Positions 25,447 to 34,796 of a DNA stretch of 64,000 bases are shown one piece after another. Location: assembly GCA_944381315.1 (NCBI GenBank), contig CALWKR010000042.1:2021-66020 (forward strand), written 5' to 3'. Under the pieces are notes generated by a model. The model was not told where the DNA came from, made no database searches, and worked only from the letters and a program-made list of their open reading frames with translations. A program made the translations under genes and the position numbers. The stretch comes from an uncultured Christensenellaceae bacterium. GTDB lineage: Bacteria; Bacillota; Clostridia; Christensenellales; UBA3700. The stretch's first letter is position 1, and every line of letters starts with the position of its first letter.

Positions 25447-26352
25447 ATGAACATCGCAAAGATCGCCTTTGATTTCGACGACAGATTCAAGGACGTGTTC
25501 ACCAACAACGTGCGTACCAAACACAGCATCGCCGTCGAAAAGGACATCGTCTACGATCCCTCGCTCCCCGACGTCTGCAAGCTCGACGTCTATTATCCGC
25601 CGCTCAAAGGCAGGAAGAAGTTTCCTGTGCTCGTCGACGTCCACGGCGGAGGCTGGATCACCGGCGACAAATATTGGAGAAGAGGTCTCAACCGCGCGTT
25701 CGCCGATATGGGGCTGTTCGTGATCTCCCCCAACTACGGACTGTCGCCGCGCTTCAAATATCCCGAATGCGTAAAGCATCTCTTCGCCTGCTTCAAGTGG
25801 ATCTGCGATCATGCAGACGACTACGCCCTCGATCTGTCCAACGTGCTGATCACGGGCGACAGCGCGGGCGGTCAGCTCGCCTGCCTCATCCTCGCGATCC
25901 AAAACGATCCCGAAGTCAAAGCGCGGATAGGCGCGGTCGAATTGCCGCTGCGCTTCAAGGGCGGCATGCTGGTCTGCGGAGCCTACGATCCCGACAGCAT
26001 GGCGAAGATCGTCTTCTCCGACAAGATGTATCTCGAAATGACGGGATACGGCCGCAAGCACATCCGCGACTTCAAGGACTATGATCTGCTCAATCCCGTC
26101 AACTTCATCCGCGAGGACTTCCCTCCCGACGTGATGATCGCATACGGCAGATTCGACGCCTTTGTCGGCGGCAACGAAAAGATATTGTTCCGCCGCCTCG
26201 ACGAGCTCGGCATCCCCTATCGCGTCTATCGCGCCAAGGGCGCAGGCGAGCACTGCTTCCATCTGTGGCACTATCTGCGCCCGATCAGCCGCAAGTTCTT
26301 TGAGCTGGCAAGACAATACGTAGAGGACAAGACAGGATACAAGTACGATTGA
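25447..26352 (+). CDS. alpha/beta hydrolase, HSL-type esterase (putative carbohydrate/acetyl esterase)
   Basis: VDVHGGGW oxyanion motif and GDSAGG nucleophile elbow. Starts 2 nt after the nagA stop. Confidence 0.8.
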   Translation: MNIAKIAFDFDDRFKDVFTNNVRTKHSIAVEKDIVYDPSLPDVCKLDVYYPPLKGRKKFPVLVDVHGGGWITGDKYWRRGLNRAFADMGLFVISPNYGLSPRFKYPECVKHLFACFKWICDHADDYALDLSNVLITGDSAGGQLACLILAIQNDPEVKARIGAVELPLRFKGGMLVCGAYDPDSMAKIVFSDKMYLEMTGYGRKHIRDFKDYDLLNPVNFIREDFPPDVMIAYGRFDAFVGGNEKILFRRLDELGIPYRVYRAKGAGEHCFHLWHYLRPISRKFFELARQYVEDKTGYKYD

Positions 26353-26413
26353 TCCTATCGACACGGGCACGAAAAAATCGCCTCTTGCGGCGACCAAAAA
26401 AAGAGCATGAAAA

Positions 26414-26450
26414 AGCCGAAGGCAAAACGCCTTCGGCTCTGTCTTTTTTT
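26414..26450. terminator. bidirectional intrinsic terminator between convergent operons
   Basis: AGCCGAAGGC-aaaac-GCCTTCGGCT, flanked by AAAA upstream and CTGTCTTTTTTT downstream. Confidence 0.85.
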
Positions 26451-27699
26451 ACTTTACAAGCACTTTCTTGAGCTTCGCGAATCTGGGAAGTCCGTCTTCG
26501 AGCGGAGCTTTGCACTCGCCCTGGATGAGGGGCAGAGCGTAATCGACAGAGTCCTGCGACAGCATCGTGACGTTGTTGACGATCCATTCGGGCGGGACCT
26601 TCTTCTCGGTGTTGGCAGCCTTGGCGACGCTCATCACGCCGATCTTGCACTTGTACTTGCCACTGCTCATGTCTCTCTTGAGGATGACCATCTTGTCGGT
26701 CGTGCCGCGGACTGCGTACTTGACGGCGGCAGCGCCGGCCTTGAACGCCTCTTCGACGTCGGTCTTGGACGCGAGGTGCGCCGCGCATCTCTGCATCAAA
26801 GAGAACTCGACGGCTCTCGTCTTGCAGCCGAACTCGTTCTTGCACATATTGGCGAGAGCTGCGCCCACGCCGCCGAGCTGAGCGTGTCCGAACGAATCTT
26901 TGGCGAGGTTGCCTCCTGCGAGGACTTCGGCGATCAAGTTGCCCTTGTCGTCGGAAATGCCTTCGGAAACGGCGACCATGCACTTGCCGTTGTTCTTCGC
27001 CATAACAGCCTTGACATCCTCCTTGAACTTGTCCACGGAGAACGGGATCTCGGGCAGATAGATGAGGTCGGCGCCGAGGCCCTTGTAATTGGCGAGGCTT
27101 GCCGCCGCGGTGAGCCAGCCGGCGTGTCTGCCCATGATCTCGACGACGGTGATCATCGGAGTGTCATAGACGTTGGCGTCGAGCTTGAGCTCCATGATCG
27201 TCGTGGCGACGTACTTTGCGGCGCTGCCGTAACCGGGGCAGTGATCGGTGCCGAACAAGTCGTTGTCGATGGTCTTGGGCACGCCGATTACGCGGCAGTC
27301 CCAGCCCGACTTCTTCATGTACTTGCTGACCTTGTTGCAGGTGTCCATGGAGTCGTTGCCTCCGTTGTAGAAGAAATAGCGGATGTTGTACTTCTTGAAC
27401 ACTTCGAGCAATCTCTTGTAGTCGGTGTCGTCGATCTTCTCGGGCTTGAGCTTGTATCTGACCGAGCCGAGCGCGGACGACGGAGTGTTTTTGAGCAGCA
27501 TGAGCTCCTTGGGGTCCTCTTGGGACATATCGTAGAACTTCTCTTCGAGTACGCCTCTGATACCGTGAGCTGCGCCGTAGACGGCGGTGATGCAGTCCTG
27601 CTTGAGCGCCTCGGTGAACACGCCGGCTGCCGACGAGTTGATGACCGAGGTGGGGCCGCCGGACTGACCGAACAGGCAGGCTCCGACCAATTTTTCCAT
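26449..27699 (-). CDS. pfp: pyrophosphate-type 6-phosphofructokinase (diphosphate--fructose-6-phosphate 1-phosphotransferase-like)
   Basis: 416 aa. GGNDS (Asp at the position that is Gly in ATP-PFK GGDGS) and PKTIDND (Lys instead of Gly). Both are residues known to discriminate PPi- from ATP-dependent PFKs. Confidence 0.8.
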   Translation of the reverse strand: MEKLVGACLFGQSGGPTSVINSSAAGVFTEALKQDCITAVYGAAHGIRGVLEEKFYDMSQEDPKELMLLKNTPSSALGSVRYKLKPEKIDDTDYKRLLEVFKKYNIRYFFYNGGNDSMDTCNKVSKYMKKSGWDCRVIGVPKTIDNDLFGTDHCPGYGSAAKYVATTIMELKLDANVYDTPMITVVEIMGRHAGWLTAAASLANYKGLGADLIYLPEIPFSVDKFKEDVKAVMAKNNGKCMVAVSEGISDDKGNLIAEVLAGGNLAKDSFGHAQLGGVGAALANMCKNEFGCKTRAVEFSLMQRCAAHLASKTDVEEAFKAGAAAVKYAVRGTTDKMVILKRDMSSGKYKCKIGVMSVAKAANTEKKVPPEWIVNNVTMLSQDSVDYALPLIQGECKAPLEDGLPRFAKLKKVLVK

Positions 27700-27747
27700 G
27701 TGTTTATCCTCCTTGGGATGTATAGTATTCCGTATTTACGGTGTGTG

Positions 27748-28713
27748 TCAAAGACTGAGTATGCGCGACTTCTTGTAGAGGTCGTCGTTGAACTTGCGCT
27801 CCATCGCGAGCGCCTCGGCGATGTCCTCGTCGACGATCTTGTTGTTGCGTATGCCGACGACTCTGCCGCCCTTGTCGGCGAGCAGCAAGTCCACCGCCCT
27901 GATCGCGAATTCCGCGGCAAGCGTGCGGTCTTGGTTGCTGGGATTGCCGCCGCGCTGGATGTATCCGAGCGTCGTCGTCTTGATGGAACCGGTGACGCCG
28001 TTCTCTTTGAGCTGAGCTTTGAGCTCTTCCGCCTTGCAGACGCCCTCGGCGAGCACTATGATGTCGGAAGTCTTGCCTATGCGCTGATTGAGCTTGATGC
28101 TCTTGACCACTGCCGAGAGATCGAACGGCTCTTCGGGCACGAGGATGATCTCCGCGCCGCCGCCGAGCCCGGCATAGAGCGCTATGTCGCCGCACTTGCG
28201 TCCCATCACTTCGATGATGCAGACTCTGTCGTGCGAAGTCATCGTATCGCGCAAATTGTTGATCGCGTTGAGCACGGTGTTGACGGTCGTGTCAAAGCCG
28301 AGCGTGAAGTCCGTGTAGGCGAGATCGTTGTCGATCGTGCCGGGGATGCCGACGACTTTGACGCCGAACATGTCATAGAGATCTTTGGCGCCGCGGAAAC
28401 TGCCGTCACCGCCGATGACGACGAGTCCTTCGATGCCGTAGGCTTCCATGTTGTCGACGGCTTGCTGGATGTATTCGCGCTGCTTGAACTCCTCGCTGCG
28501 CGCAGTCTTGAGGATGGTGCCGCCGCGCTGGATGATGTCGGAAACGCTGCGCTTGTTCATCTGGAAGATGTTGTTGTGGATGAGCCCTACATAGCCTCTC
28601 TCGACGCCGTAGACATCAAGTCCGTTGTAGATCGCATAACGCGTGACCGCTCTGATGCAGGCGTTCATGCCCGGGGCGTCGCCGCCGCTTGTCAAAATAC
28701 CTATTCTTTTCAT
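27748..28713 (-). CDS. pfkA: ATP-dependent 6-phosphofructokinase
   Basis: MKRIGILTSGGDAPGMNA, IGGDGSFRGA, GIPGTIDNDL and MGRKCGDIA. Confidence 0.95.
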   Translation of the reverse strand: MKRIGILTSGGDAPGMNACIRAVTRYAIYNGLDVYGVERGYVGLIHNNIFQMNKRSVSDIIQRGGTILKTARSEEFKQREYIQQAVDNMEAYGIEGLVVIGGDGSFRGAKDLYDMFGVKVVGIPGTIDNDLAYTDFTLGFDTTVNTVLNAINNLRDTMTSHDRVCIIEVMGRKCGDIALYAGLGGGAEIILVPEEPFDLSAVVKSIKLNQRIGKTSDIIVLAEGVCKAEELKAQLKENGVTGSIKTTTLGYIQRGGNPSNQDRTLAAEFAIRAVDLLLADKGGRVVGIRNNKIVDEDIAEALAMERKFNDDLYKKSRILSL

Positions 28714-28723
28714 ACGCCTTTGG

Positions 28724-28954
28724 TCATTCTCCGCTGTTGACCACTCCGTGTTTGGTATAGATCTCAGCCTTTCCCCTTATCTTGATCGCGGAGGTCTTTT
28801 CGGTAAATTGCATGACGATGACCTCGTTCTTGTCGAGGTTCTCGGTGTGGTGGGGTTTGGTATAATCGCCTCTCGTCAGACCTATGATCTGCACCGGAGA
28901 GGCAAGCGCCTTGATGACGATGTATTCGTCGCTGTCGAATTGTCTTTCGTCCAT
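28724..28954 (-). CDS. small hypothetical protein (76 aa) between dnaE and pfkA
   Basis: GAGGTGA SD before ATG 28954. Co-directional and tightly spaced (10 nt to pfkA). No family recognised. Confidence 0.55.
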   Translation of the reverse strand: MDERQFDSDEYIVIKALASPVQIIGLTRGDYTKPHHTENLDKNEVIVMQFTEKTSAIKIRGKAEIYTKHGVVNSGE

Positions 28955-29018
28955 ATCTCACCTCAAACAAAGCCATTATATCAAATATCCGCGCAAAAGC
29001 CAAATATTTGACAGCATT

Positions 29019-32000
29019 TCAATTGTTCTGCTTCTTTTCGATGACCTTTACGTTGGCAGGCCCGAGCACCGCTTTGAGCTGGTTGACGAGGTTGCCCGAC
29101 AAATCCACTCCCTTGTCGCCGAGCTTCCAAAGCTCGCGCCCCGCTTGCAGACAAACGCTGCTCCTGCCCCTGTTGTTGTCAAAGAATCTGCCTATCTCTC
29201 CCTCCAAACGCTCCCATTCCTGCATAGACTCGACTTTGAGGCACAGCACCTTTTGCGGCTGATCGGGATCGAGCTGTTCTTCCTCCGCGTCGTCGTCGCC
29301 GCCGTCCCACGTTTCGAGGTCCTCGACGATCAGTTTGACGCCGTCGCGGTCGTCGAACGCGAGCCTGCCGCTCACGCGGACGATCGAGTCTTCGACGAGC
29401 ATATCGCGCAGTCTGTCATAAGAACGAGTGTAGAACAGCAGCTGTATCGAAGAATAGAGGTCTTCGAGATCGGCATATGCCATCATCGTCTCTTTTTTGG
29501 TCTTTTTCTTGGTCACGTTCTGCATTATGCCGCACAGCGAGACTTTGCGGTTGTTGAACGCCTTCTCGACGGACAGCATCTCGGCGTCGTCGCTGTCTTC
29601 CGCGCTCTCGTCGCTGTCGGCGTCGGCAGCCGCGTTCTTGCGGAACTTGGCGATATAGTCGGCGAGCGGAGCGAGCGTGAACGGCTCCTTGCGGAGCTTG
29701 TCCTTGTAGTCGTCGAGAGGATGTCCCGAGATGTATATGTTGAGCACCTCTTTCTCCAACGCGAGCTTGACGCGCTGGTTGTATTCGGGCATCTCGACTA
29801 TGTCGTCTTCGGGCGCCATATCGCCGCCGCCGTTGTCGGCGAGGATGTCGAACAGACTGATCTGCCCCATCTCCCTGCTCTTTGCGTCCTTGTTGGCGAT
29901 GTCCATAAGCTGCTCATAGGACGCCATGAGCGACGAGCGGTGATGTCCGAAGCAATCCAAGGCTCCCGCCTTGATCAAGCTCTCCATAATGCGCTTGTCT
30001 ATCACGCCCTTGCCGAGCCTCGTCAGCAAGTCCATCACGCTCTTGTATTTGCCTCCTCTCTCCCTCTCTTCGACGAGGAGCCTCATCGCGTCGGCGCCGA
30101 CGTTCTTGATGCCGCTCAGTCCGTAACGCAACTTTTTGCCGACGACCTTGAACGCGACCATGCTCTCGTTGATGTCGGGAGGCAGGATCTCCACGTCTCT
30201 GTCGCGGAGCTGCAGCAGATATTTTTTGACTTCTTCGGCGTCGGTGATGCGGTTGTTTATGACGGCGGTGATCAGCTCGAGATTGTAGTATCGCTTGTAG
30301 TACGCCGTCTCGTATGCCAGCACCGCATATGCCGCCGCGTGCGACTTGTTGAACGCGTACTTGGCGAAGTTCGCCATCTCGTCAAATACCGCGGACGCCA
30401 CTTCGGGCGGCACGATGTTCAGCTTGATCGCGCCCGGGATGCTCGGTTTCTCCTTGTGGATGACTATGCCGTTGGAACCTATCTCCGCAGGCTTGCCTGG
30501 CGCGCCGTTCATAAAGATGTCGCGCTGTTTTTTCATCCCCTCGGGGTCCTTCTTGCCCATCGCGCGCCTGAGCTCGTCAGCCGCGCCGAGCGAATAGCCC
30601 GCGATCAACTGCGAGATCTGCATGACTTGCTCCTGATAGACAAGACAGCCGTATGTCATTTCGAGTATCGGCTTGAGCACTTCGCTCTTGTAGACTATGT
30701 TCTCGGGATTCTTCTTGGACTTGATGTACGCAGGGATGCTGTCCATCGGTCCGGGGCGATAGAGCGAGATGCCCGCGATGACGTCTTCGAGGCAGGTCGG
30801 CTGCAGCTCCTTCATGAACTTCTTCATTCCCTCGGATTCGAGCTGGAACACCGCGTCCGTGTCGCCGCTGCTGATCTGTTTGTAGACTTCGGGATCGTCG
30901 TAACCCAGCTTGGAGAAGTCGACGTCCACGCCGTAGTCTTCCAGCACATATTGGTGCGCCTTGGACTCGTCTGTCAGCGTTTTGAGCCCGAGGAAGTCCA
31001 TCTTCAACATGCCCATGTCCTCGACTTCCTGTTTTTGGAACTGAGTCGTGACGTCGCCCTTGTTGACTTGAAGGGGAACATAGTCCGAGATCGTCTCCTT
31101 GCAGATGACGACGCCTGCGGCGTGCTTGGAACAGTTGATCGGCACGCCCTCGACCTTGAACGCCATGTCGATGACTTCGCGCATACGCGGATCCGTGTTG
31201 TAGATCTCCGCCGCCTCGGGCGAATAGAGCTTGCGCTCCTCCTCGGAATCGCTCTTGAAGAAGATGGTGCGCAGCGTGGACTTGGGGTTGTTGGGGATGA
31301 CCTTGTTGATCTTGCTGACGTCGCCGAACGGGATGTTGTACGCCTTCGCGACGCGGCGGATCGCCGCCTTCGCTTTCATCGTGCCGAGGGCGAGGATCTG
31401 GCACACCTTGTCGTGTCCGTACTTCTCGGTGACATACTCAATGACTTCGCCCCTGCGCTCGTAGCAAAAGTCGACGTCAAAGTCAGGAGGAGACTCGCGC
31501 TCGGGATTGAGGAATCTCTCAAAAAGCAGATTGTATCTGAGCGGATCCACGTTGGTGATGTGGATCGCATATGCGACGATACTGCTGACGCCCGAGCCTC
31601 TGCCGGGACCGACGGGAATGCCGTGAGTGCGCGCATAGTTGATGAAGTCCCAGACGACGAGATAGTAGTCGGCAAAACCCTTGCCTATGATGACGGACAG
31701 CTCGTGCTCCGCCCGCTGTCTGATCTCGTCGGTGATCGTGCCGTAGCGCTCTTCAAGCCCCTTGTAGGCGAGCTTGCGCAGATATTCGGGCGACGTGGAT
31801 CCGTCGGCAGGCTTGTACGGGGGCTGGAGATCCTGTTTGTCGATCGTCACGTTGCACTTCTCGAACACCTCGACCGTGTTGGTGACCGCCTCGGGACACC
31901 AACTGAACGTCTCCATCATCTCTTCGAACGTCTTGAGATAATATTGATCGCCCTTGAATTTCAGGCGCGTCGGGTCGTCCACGGACTTGTTGGTCTGTAT

Positions 32001-32942
32001 GCAGAGCAACAGATCGTGCATCTTCGCGTCCTCGCGCTCGGTATAGTGCGCGTCGTTGGTCGCGACGACCTTGACGCCTATCTCCTTGGCGATCTTGACG
32101 AGTTTGCCGAGGACTTCGTGCTCCTCTTTCAGCCCGTGGTCCTGCAATTCGATGTAGAAATCTCCGGGGGCGAACATGTCGCGCAACTCGATGGCGTGCT
32201 CCTTCGCCGCCTCGTAGTCGTTGCGCAAAAGCAGTTGGGGGATCTTGCCTGCGATGCACGCCGACAGACAGACGACTCCCTCGCTGTGCTTGCGCAGCAG
32301 ATCGAGGTCTATCCTCGGCTTGACATAGAATCCTTCCAGATAGGAAAGACTGCTGAGCTGAACAAGATTTTTGTAGCCTGTGTTGTTTTTCGCGATCAAG
32401 ATGATGTGGTAGCGCTGCTGCTCGAACGCGTGCGAATGCATGTCGTCGACGATGTAGAACTCGCTGCCGACGAGCCCCTTGATCTTGCGCTTGGGGAAGC
32501 CCTTCTCTCCCGTCGTGTACTTCTTGCAGCCGTTGTAAAGATAGAAGGCGCCGAACATGTTGCCGTGATCGGTGATCGCGACGCCCGGCATGCCCTTGTC
32601 GGCGACGATGCCGAGCAGAGGGAACGCCTTGTGATTGGGCGTCACGAGACGGATCGCGCCGTCCAGCAAGCTGAACTCGGAGTGGACGTGCAAGTGCACA
32701 AACGGCTTGATCTCGCGCTCATAGTCCTTGAAGTGCGGAGCGAATTCTTCGATCGTCTTCTTGATCAGCTCGGATTGCGAAAGCTTGCTCTGCTTCGTCG
32801 GGCGAGAATCGGAGCCGTCGGAAGAATAGACGGGATAGTCTTCGAGGTCTTCCTCCTCGTCCTCTTCGTCCAACGCGTCGAGCAAGAGCTCGTCTTCTCT
32901 CTCTGCGTCGAATGCGTCAATCCCCGTTTGCTTCTCGATCAT
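29019..32942 (-). CDS. dnaE: DNA polymerase III alpha subunit (DnaE) with an acidic N-terminal extension
   Basis: 1307 aa. PHP domain HLHVHSEFSLLDGA, palm/fingers motifs (GPGRGSGVSSIVAYAIHITNVDP, DFDVDF) and a C-terminal OB region. GGAGG SD. Confidence 0.97.
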   Translation of the reverse strand: MIEKQTGIDAFDAEREDELLLDALDEEDEEEDLEDYPVYSSDGSDSRPTKQSKLSQSELIKKTIEEFAPHFKDYEREIKPFVHLHVHSEFSLLDGAIRLVTPNHKAFPLLGIVADKGMPGVAITDHGNMFGAFYLYNGCKKYTTGEKGFPKRKIKGLVGSEFYIVDDMHSHAFEQQRYHIILIAKNNTGYKNLVQLSSLSYLEGFYVKPRIDLDLLRKHSEGVVCLSACIAGKIPQLLLRNDYEAAKEHAIELRDMFAPGDFYIELQDHGLKEEHEVLGKLVKIAKEIGVKVVATNDAHYTEREDAKMHDLLLCIQTNKSVDDPTRLKFKGDQYYLKTFEEMMETFSWCPEAVTNTVEVFEKCNVTIDKQDLQPPYKPADGSTSPEYLRKLAYKGLEERYGTITDEIRQRAEHELSVIIGKGFADYYLVVWDFINYARTHGIPVGPGRGSGVSSIVAYAIHITNVDPLRYNLLFERFLNPERESPPDFDVDFCYERRGEVIEYVTEKYGHDKVCQILALGTMKAKAAIRRVAKAYNIPFGDVSKINKVIPNNPKSTLRTIFFKSDSEEERKLYSPEAAEIYNTDPRMREVIDMAFKVEGVPINCSKHAAGVVICKETISDYVPLQVNKGDVTTQFQKQEVEDMGMLKMDFLGLKTLTDESKAHQYVLEDYGVDVDFSKLGYDDPEVYKQISSGDTDAVFQLESEGMKKFMKELQPTCLEDVIAGISLYRPGPMDSIPAYIKSKKNPENIVYKSEVLKPILEMTYGCLVYQEQVMQISQLIAGYSLGAADELRRAMGKKDPEGMKKQRDIFMNGAPGKPAEIGSNGIVIHKEKPSIPGAIKLNIVPPEVASAVFDEMANFAKYAFNKSHAAAYAVLAYETAYYKRYYNLELITAVINNRITDAEEVKKYLLQLRDRDVEILPPDINESMVAFKVVGKKLRYGLSGIKNVGADAMRLLVEERERGGKYKSVMDLLTRLGKGVIDKRIMESLIKAGALDCFGHHRSSLMASYEQLMDIANKDAKSREMGQISLFDILADNGGGDMAPEDDIVEMPEYNQRVKLALEKEVLNIYISGHPLDDYKDKLRKEPFTLAPLADYIAKFRKNAAADADSDESAEDSDDAEMLSVEKAFNNRKVSLCGIMQNVTKKKTKKETMMAYADLEDLYSSIQLLFYTRSYDRLRDMLVEDSIVRVSGRLAFDDRDGVKLIVEDLETWDGGDDDAEEEQLDPDQPQKVLCLKVESMQEWERLEGEIGRFFDNNRGRSSVCLQAGRELWKLGDKGVDLSGNLVNQLKAVLGPANVKVIEKKQNN

Positions 32943-33840
32943 CTCGCTGTGCCTCCTTCAAAATCTTCTGTATCCTGTGGTTGAGTCCGCTCTTGCTTAT
33001 CCCCAGCCGCTGTGCGAGCTGGCTCATCGTCAGATCGGGGTGCGCCTCGCGCGCCTCGCAGACTTCTTTGAGTTTGTCGTCGAGCCGCGCCCACTCGCCG
33101 CTCTCTTTCAGCGCGCGCGCCGCCTCGATCAGCTCCGTCGCCGCGCGCTGAGCCTTGTCCATATTGGCGAGCGAACAGTTTACTCCACGGTTGATGTTGT
33201 TGTTGGCCTCTCTGAGCATCATCAAGTCGTTGAGCGCGAACACGCTCTCATATGCGCCCATAAAAGCCAATATGCCGCTGACGTCCGCGCCCGACTTGGA
33301 ATAGGCGAGATAGTAGTCGCGCCGCGCGGTGACATGCATGACGATGCCTCTGTCGGCGAAAAATTTCGCCAGCTCTCGGGCGCCGCCCTCGTCGAAAAAT
33401 CTGAATTCTATGTGATAGCCGTCGCTGTCCTCGTCGGGAACGTAGGCGCTGCCGTTGGTCGCGAACAGTCCTCGCACATATGCGGCGGCAGCCTTGTCGT
33501 CGGACAGCCATATCCCCAAACCGCTCTCCGACTGCGCGGTGCGCGGCAGCAAGTCTTCGAATATCTCCATCGCCCGATCGGGCTTGATCGTCGCGGAATA
33601 GAGCTTGCGAGCCGTGGAAAAGCCGAACTCCACCTCGACGCCGTACAGCTCTTTGAACAGCCTCACCGCCGTGACGACGGGCTGCAAGCTCTTGCTCTCG
33701 AGGATCATCCCGAAAGCCTTGCTCTTGAGCGTGAACGAACCCGCCGCCTTGACGATCGCGGCAAGGAAAGCCTTGCGCTCCTCTCTGCCGTCCGAATCCG
33801 TCAGCGCCGTCTGTTGGCGTACCTGCTCGGAGATGTTCAT
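32917..33840 (-). CDS. whiA: DNA-binding protein WhiA
   Basis: 307 aa. Degenerate LAGLIDADG-like repeats (RKAFLAAIVKAAGSF, YVRGLFATNGS) and a C-terminal HTH (TMSQLAQRLGISKSGLNHRIQKI). Overlaps the dnaE start by 26 nt. Confidence 0.9.
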   Translation of the reverse strand: MNISEQVRQQTALTDSDGREERKAFLAAIVKAAGSFTLKSKAFGMILESKSLQPVVTAVRLFKELYGVEVEFGFSTARKLYSATIKPDRAMEIFEDLLPRTAQSESGLGIWLSDDKAAAAYVRGLFATNGSAYVPDEDSDGYHIEFRFFDEGGARELAKFFADRGIVMHVTARRDYYLAYSKSGADVSGILAFMGAYESVFALNDLMMLREANNNINRGVNCSLANMDKAQRAATELIEAARALKESGEWARLDDKLKEVCEAREAHPDLTMSQLAQRLGISKSGLNHRIQKILKEAQRDDREANGD

Positions 33841-34595
33841 ACCACGGCACCTCGGCGGAAGACTATCGGCTTGTCCGAGAGATTGGCGACGACGGTGTCG
33901 TCAAGTCCGAGAGTCTCGGCTATCTGCAACGCATATCCGCACTTGCCGACATTGACAGGCTTGTGCGCGTCGCTGTTGATCAAAATTTTGGCGCCCGTGT
34001 CGATTATCTGCTCTACTCCTTTGAGATCGGGAGTCTTGTGGCGCGACGACAGCTCGACATATGTCCCCGTCGCGGCGCATGCCTCGCCGAGAGCTTTGAA
34101 GTCCACGTCTATCCTAAATCCGGGATGAGTGATCACGTCGATGTCGTGCTCGGTGACCGCCCTCACCAACGCCTCGGTGTTGACGACCTTCTGCTTGGCG
34201 CTGTTCTTGCAGACGTATCTCGTGAGCGCGTTGAGCGGAAGCGCGAAAAGATCGCGGAATTTGAGGGGATAGGCTGTCAGATGGAACCCTGCCAGCACGA
34301 TGTCCAACTTGGCGGCGTCCTCGTCGCTCAGATCTATCTCTCCGCGCGGGCTGAGGATGTTGGCCTCTATGCCCAGAAGTACGCGGAAGCGGTATTCCTT
34401 GGCGACGGCGGTCACGTCGCGGCGCATGGCGTCGAACTCGGACGGTTTGACTCCGATCAAAGGATGTCTCTCGCCGTGATCGGTGATCGCGAGCGCTCGC
34501 AAACCGAGACTCATCGCCGCAACGACGTTGTCCTCGACGGTGCCGGTACCATGCGAATATCTTGTGTGAGAGTGGAAGTCCGCCGTGATGTTCAT
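33837..34595 (-). CDS. PHP (polymerase/histidinol phosphatase) domain phosphoesterase
   Basis: MNITADFHSHTRYSHGTG...LAITDHG...INSDAHK. AGGAGGG SD. Overlaps the whiA start by 4 nt. Confidence 0.8.
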   Translation of the reverse strand: MNITADFHSHTRYSHGTGTVEDNVVAAMSLGLRALAITDHGERHPLIGVKPSEFDAMRRDVTAVAKEYRFRVLLGIEANILSPRGEIDLSDEDAAKLDIVLAGFHLTAYPLKFRDLFALPLNALTRYVCKNSAKQKVVNTEALVRAVTEHDIDVITHPGFRIDVDFKALGEACAATGTYVELSSRHKTPDLKGVEQIIDTGAKILINSDAHKPVNVGKCGYALQIAETLGLDDTVVANLSDKPIVFRRGAVV

Positions 34596-34647
34596 ATTCC
34601 CTCCTAACGCAACGCGCGCCCGCGCAGTGCGCGTCGTGCGGAATTAT

Positions 34648-34676
34648 ATTATAGAGGAAATTTGCGCCAAAGTAAA
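34648..34676 (-). promoter_or_regulatory. promoter of the PHP-whiA-dnaE-pfk array
   Basis: Minus strand TTTACT-17 nt-TATAAT. Confidence 0.65.
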
Positions 34677-34796
34677 GCGTGAGGCGCGGCGTCGGCTATA
34701 TTTTTTGTTTCGGGATCTCTCGTTCGCTCTGCCGCCCGACGACGCAAACGCGCGCGCTCATTGCGCGGCGGCGATATTGCGAAAATCCGAAAGAAG

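Noticed and set aside
26407-28740. A 777-aa plus-strand ORF antisense to both phosphofructokinase genes and the spacer between them.
   Set aside because: Same shadow-ORF artefact. It crosses an intergenic region and a terminator, has no recognisable domain, and both minus-strand genes have textbook PFK motifs.
28884-32984. A 1366-aa plus-strand ORF exactly antisense to dnaE.
   Set aside because: It mirrors dnaE frame for frame. Its product is Val/Asp/Leu/Arg/His-rich low-complexity sequence with no motifs, no SD and no promoter. In GC-rich genes that avoid TTA, CTA and TCA codons, the direct antisense frame stays open, so this is a classic shadow ORF. dnaE on the minus strand has unmistakable motifs.
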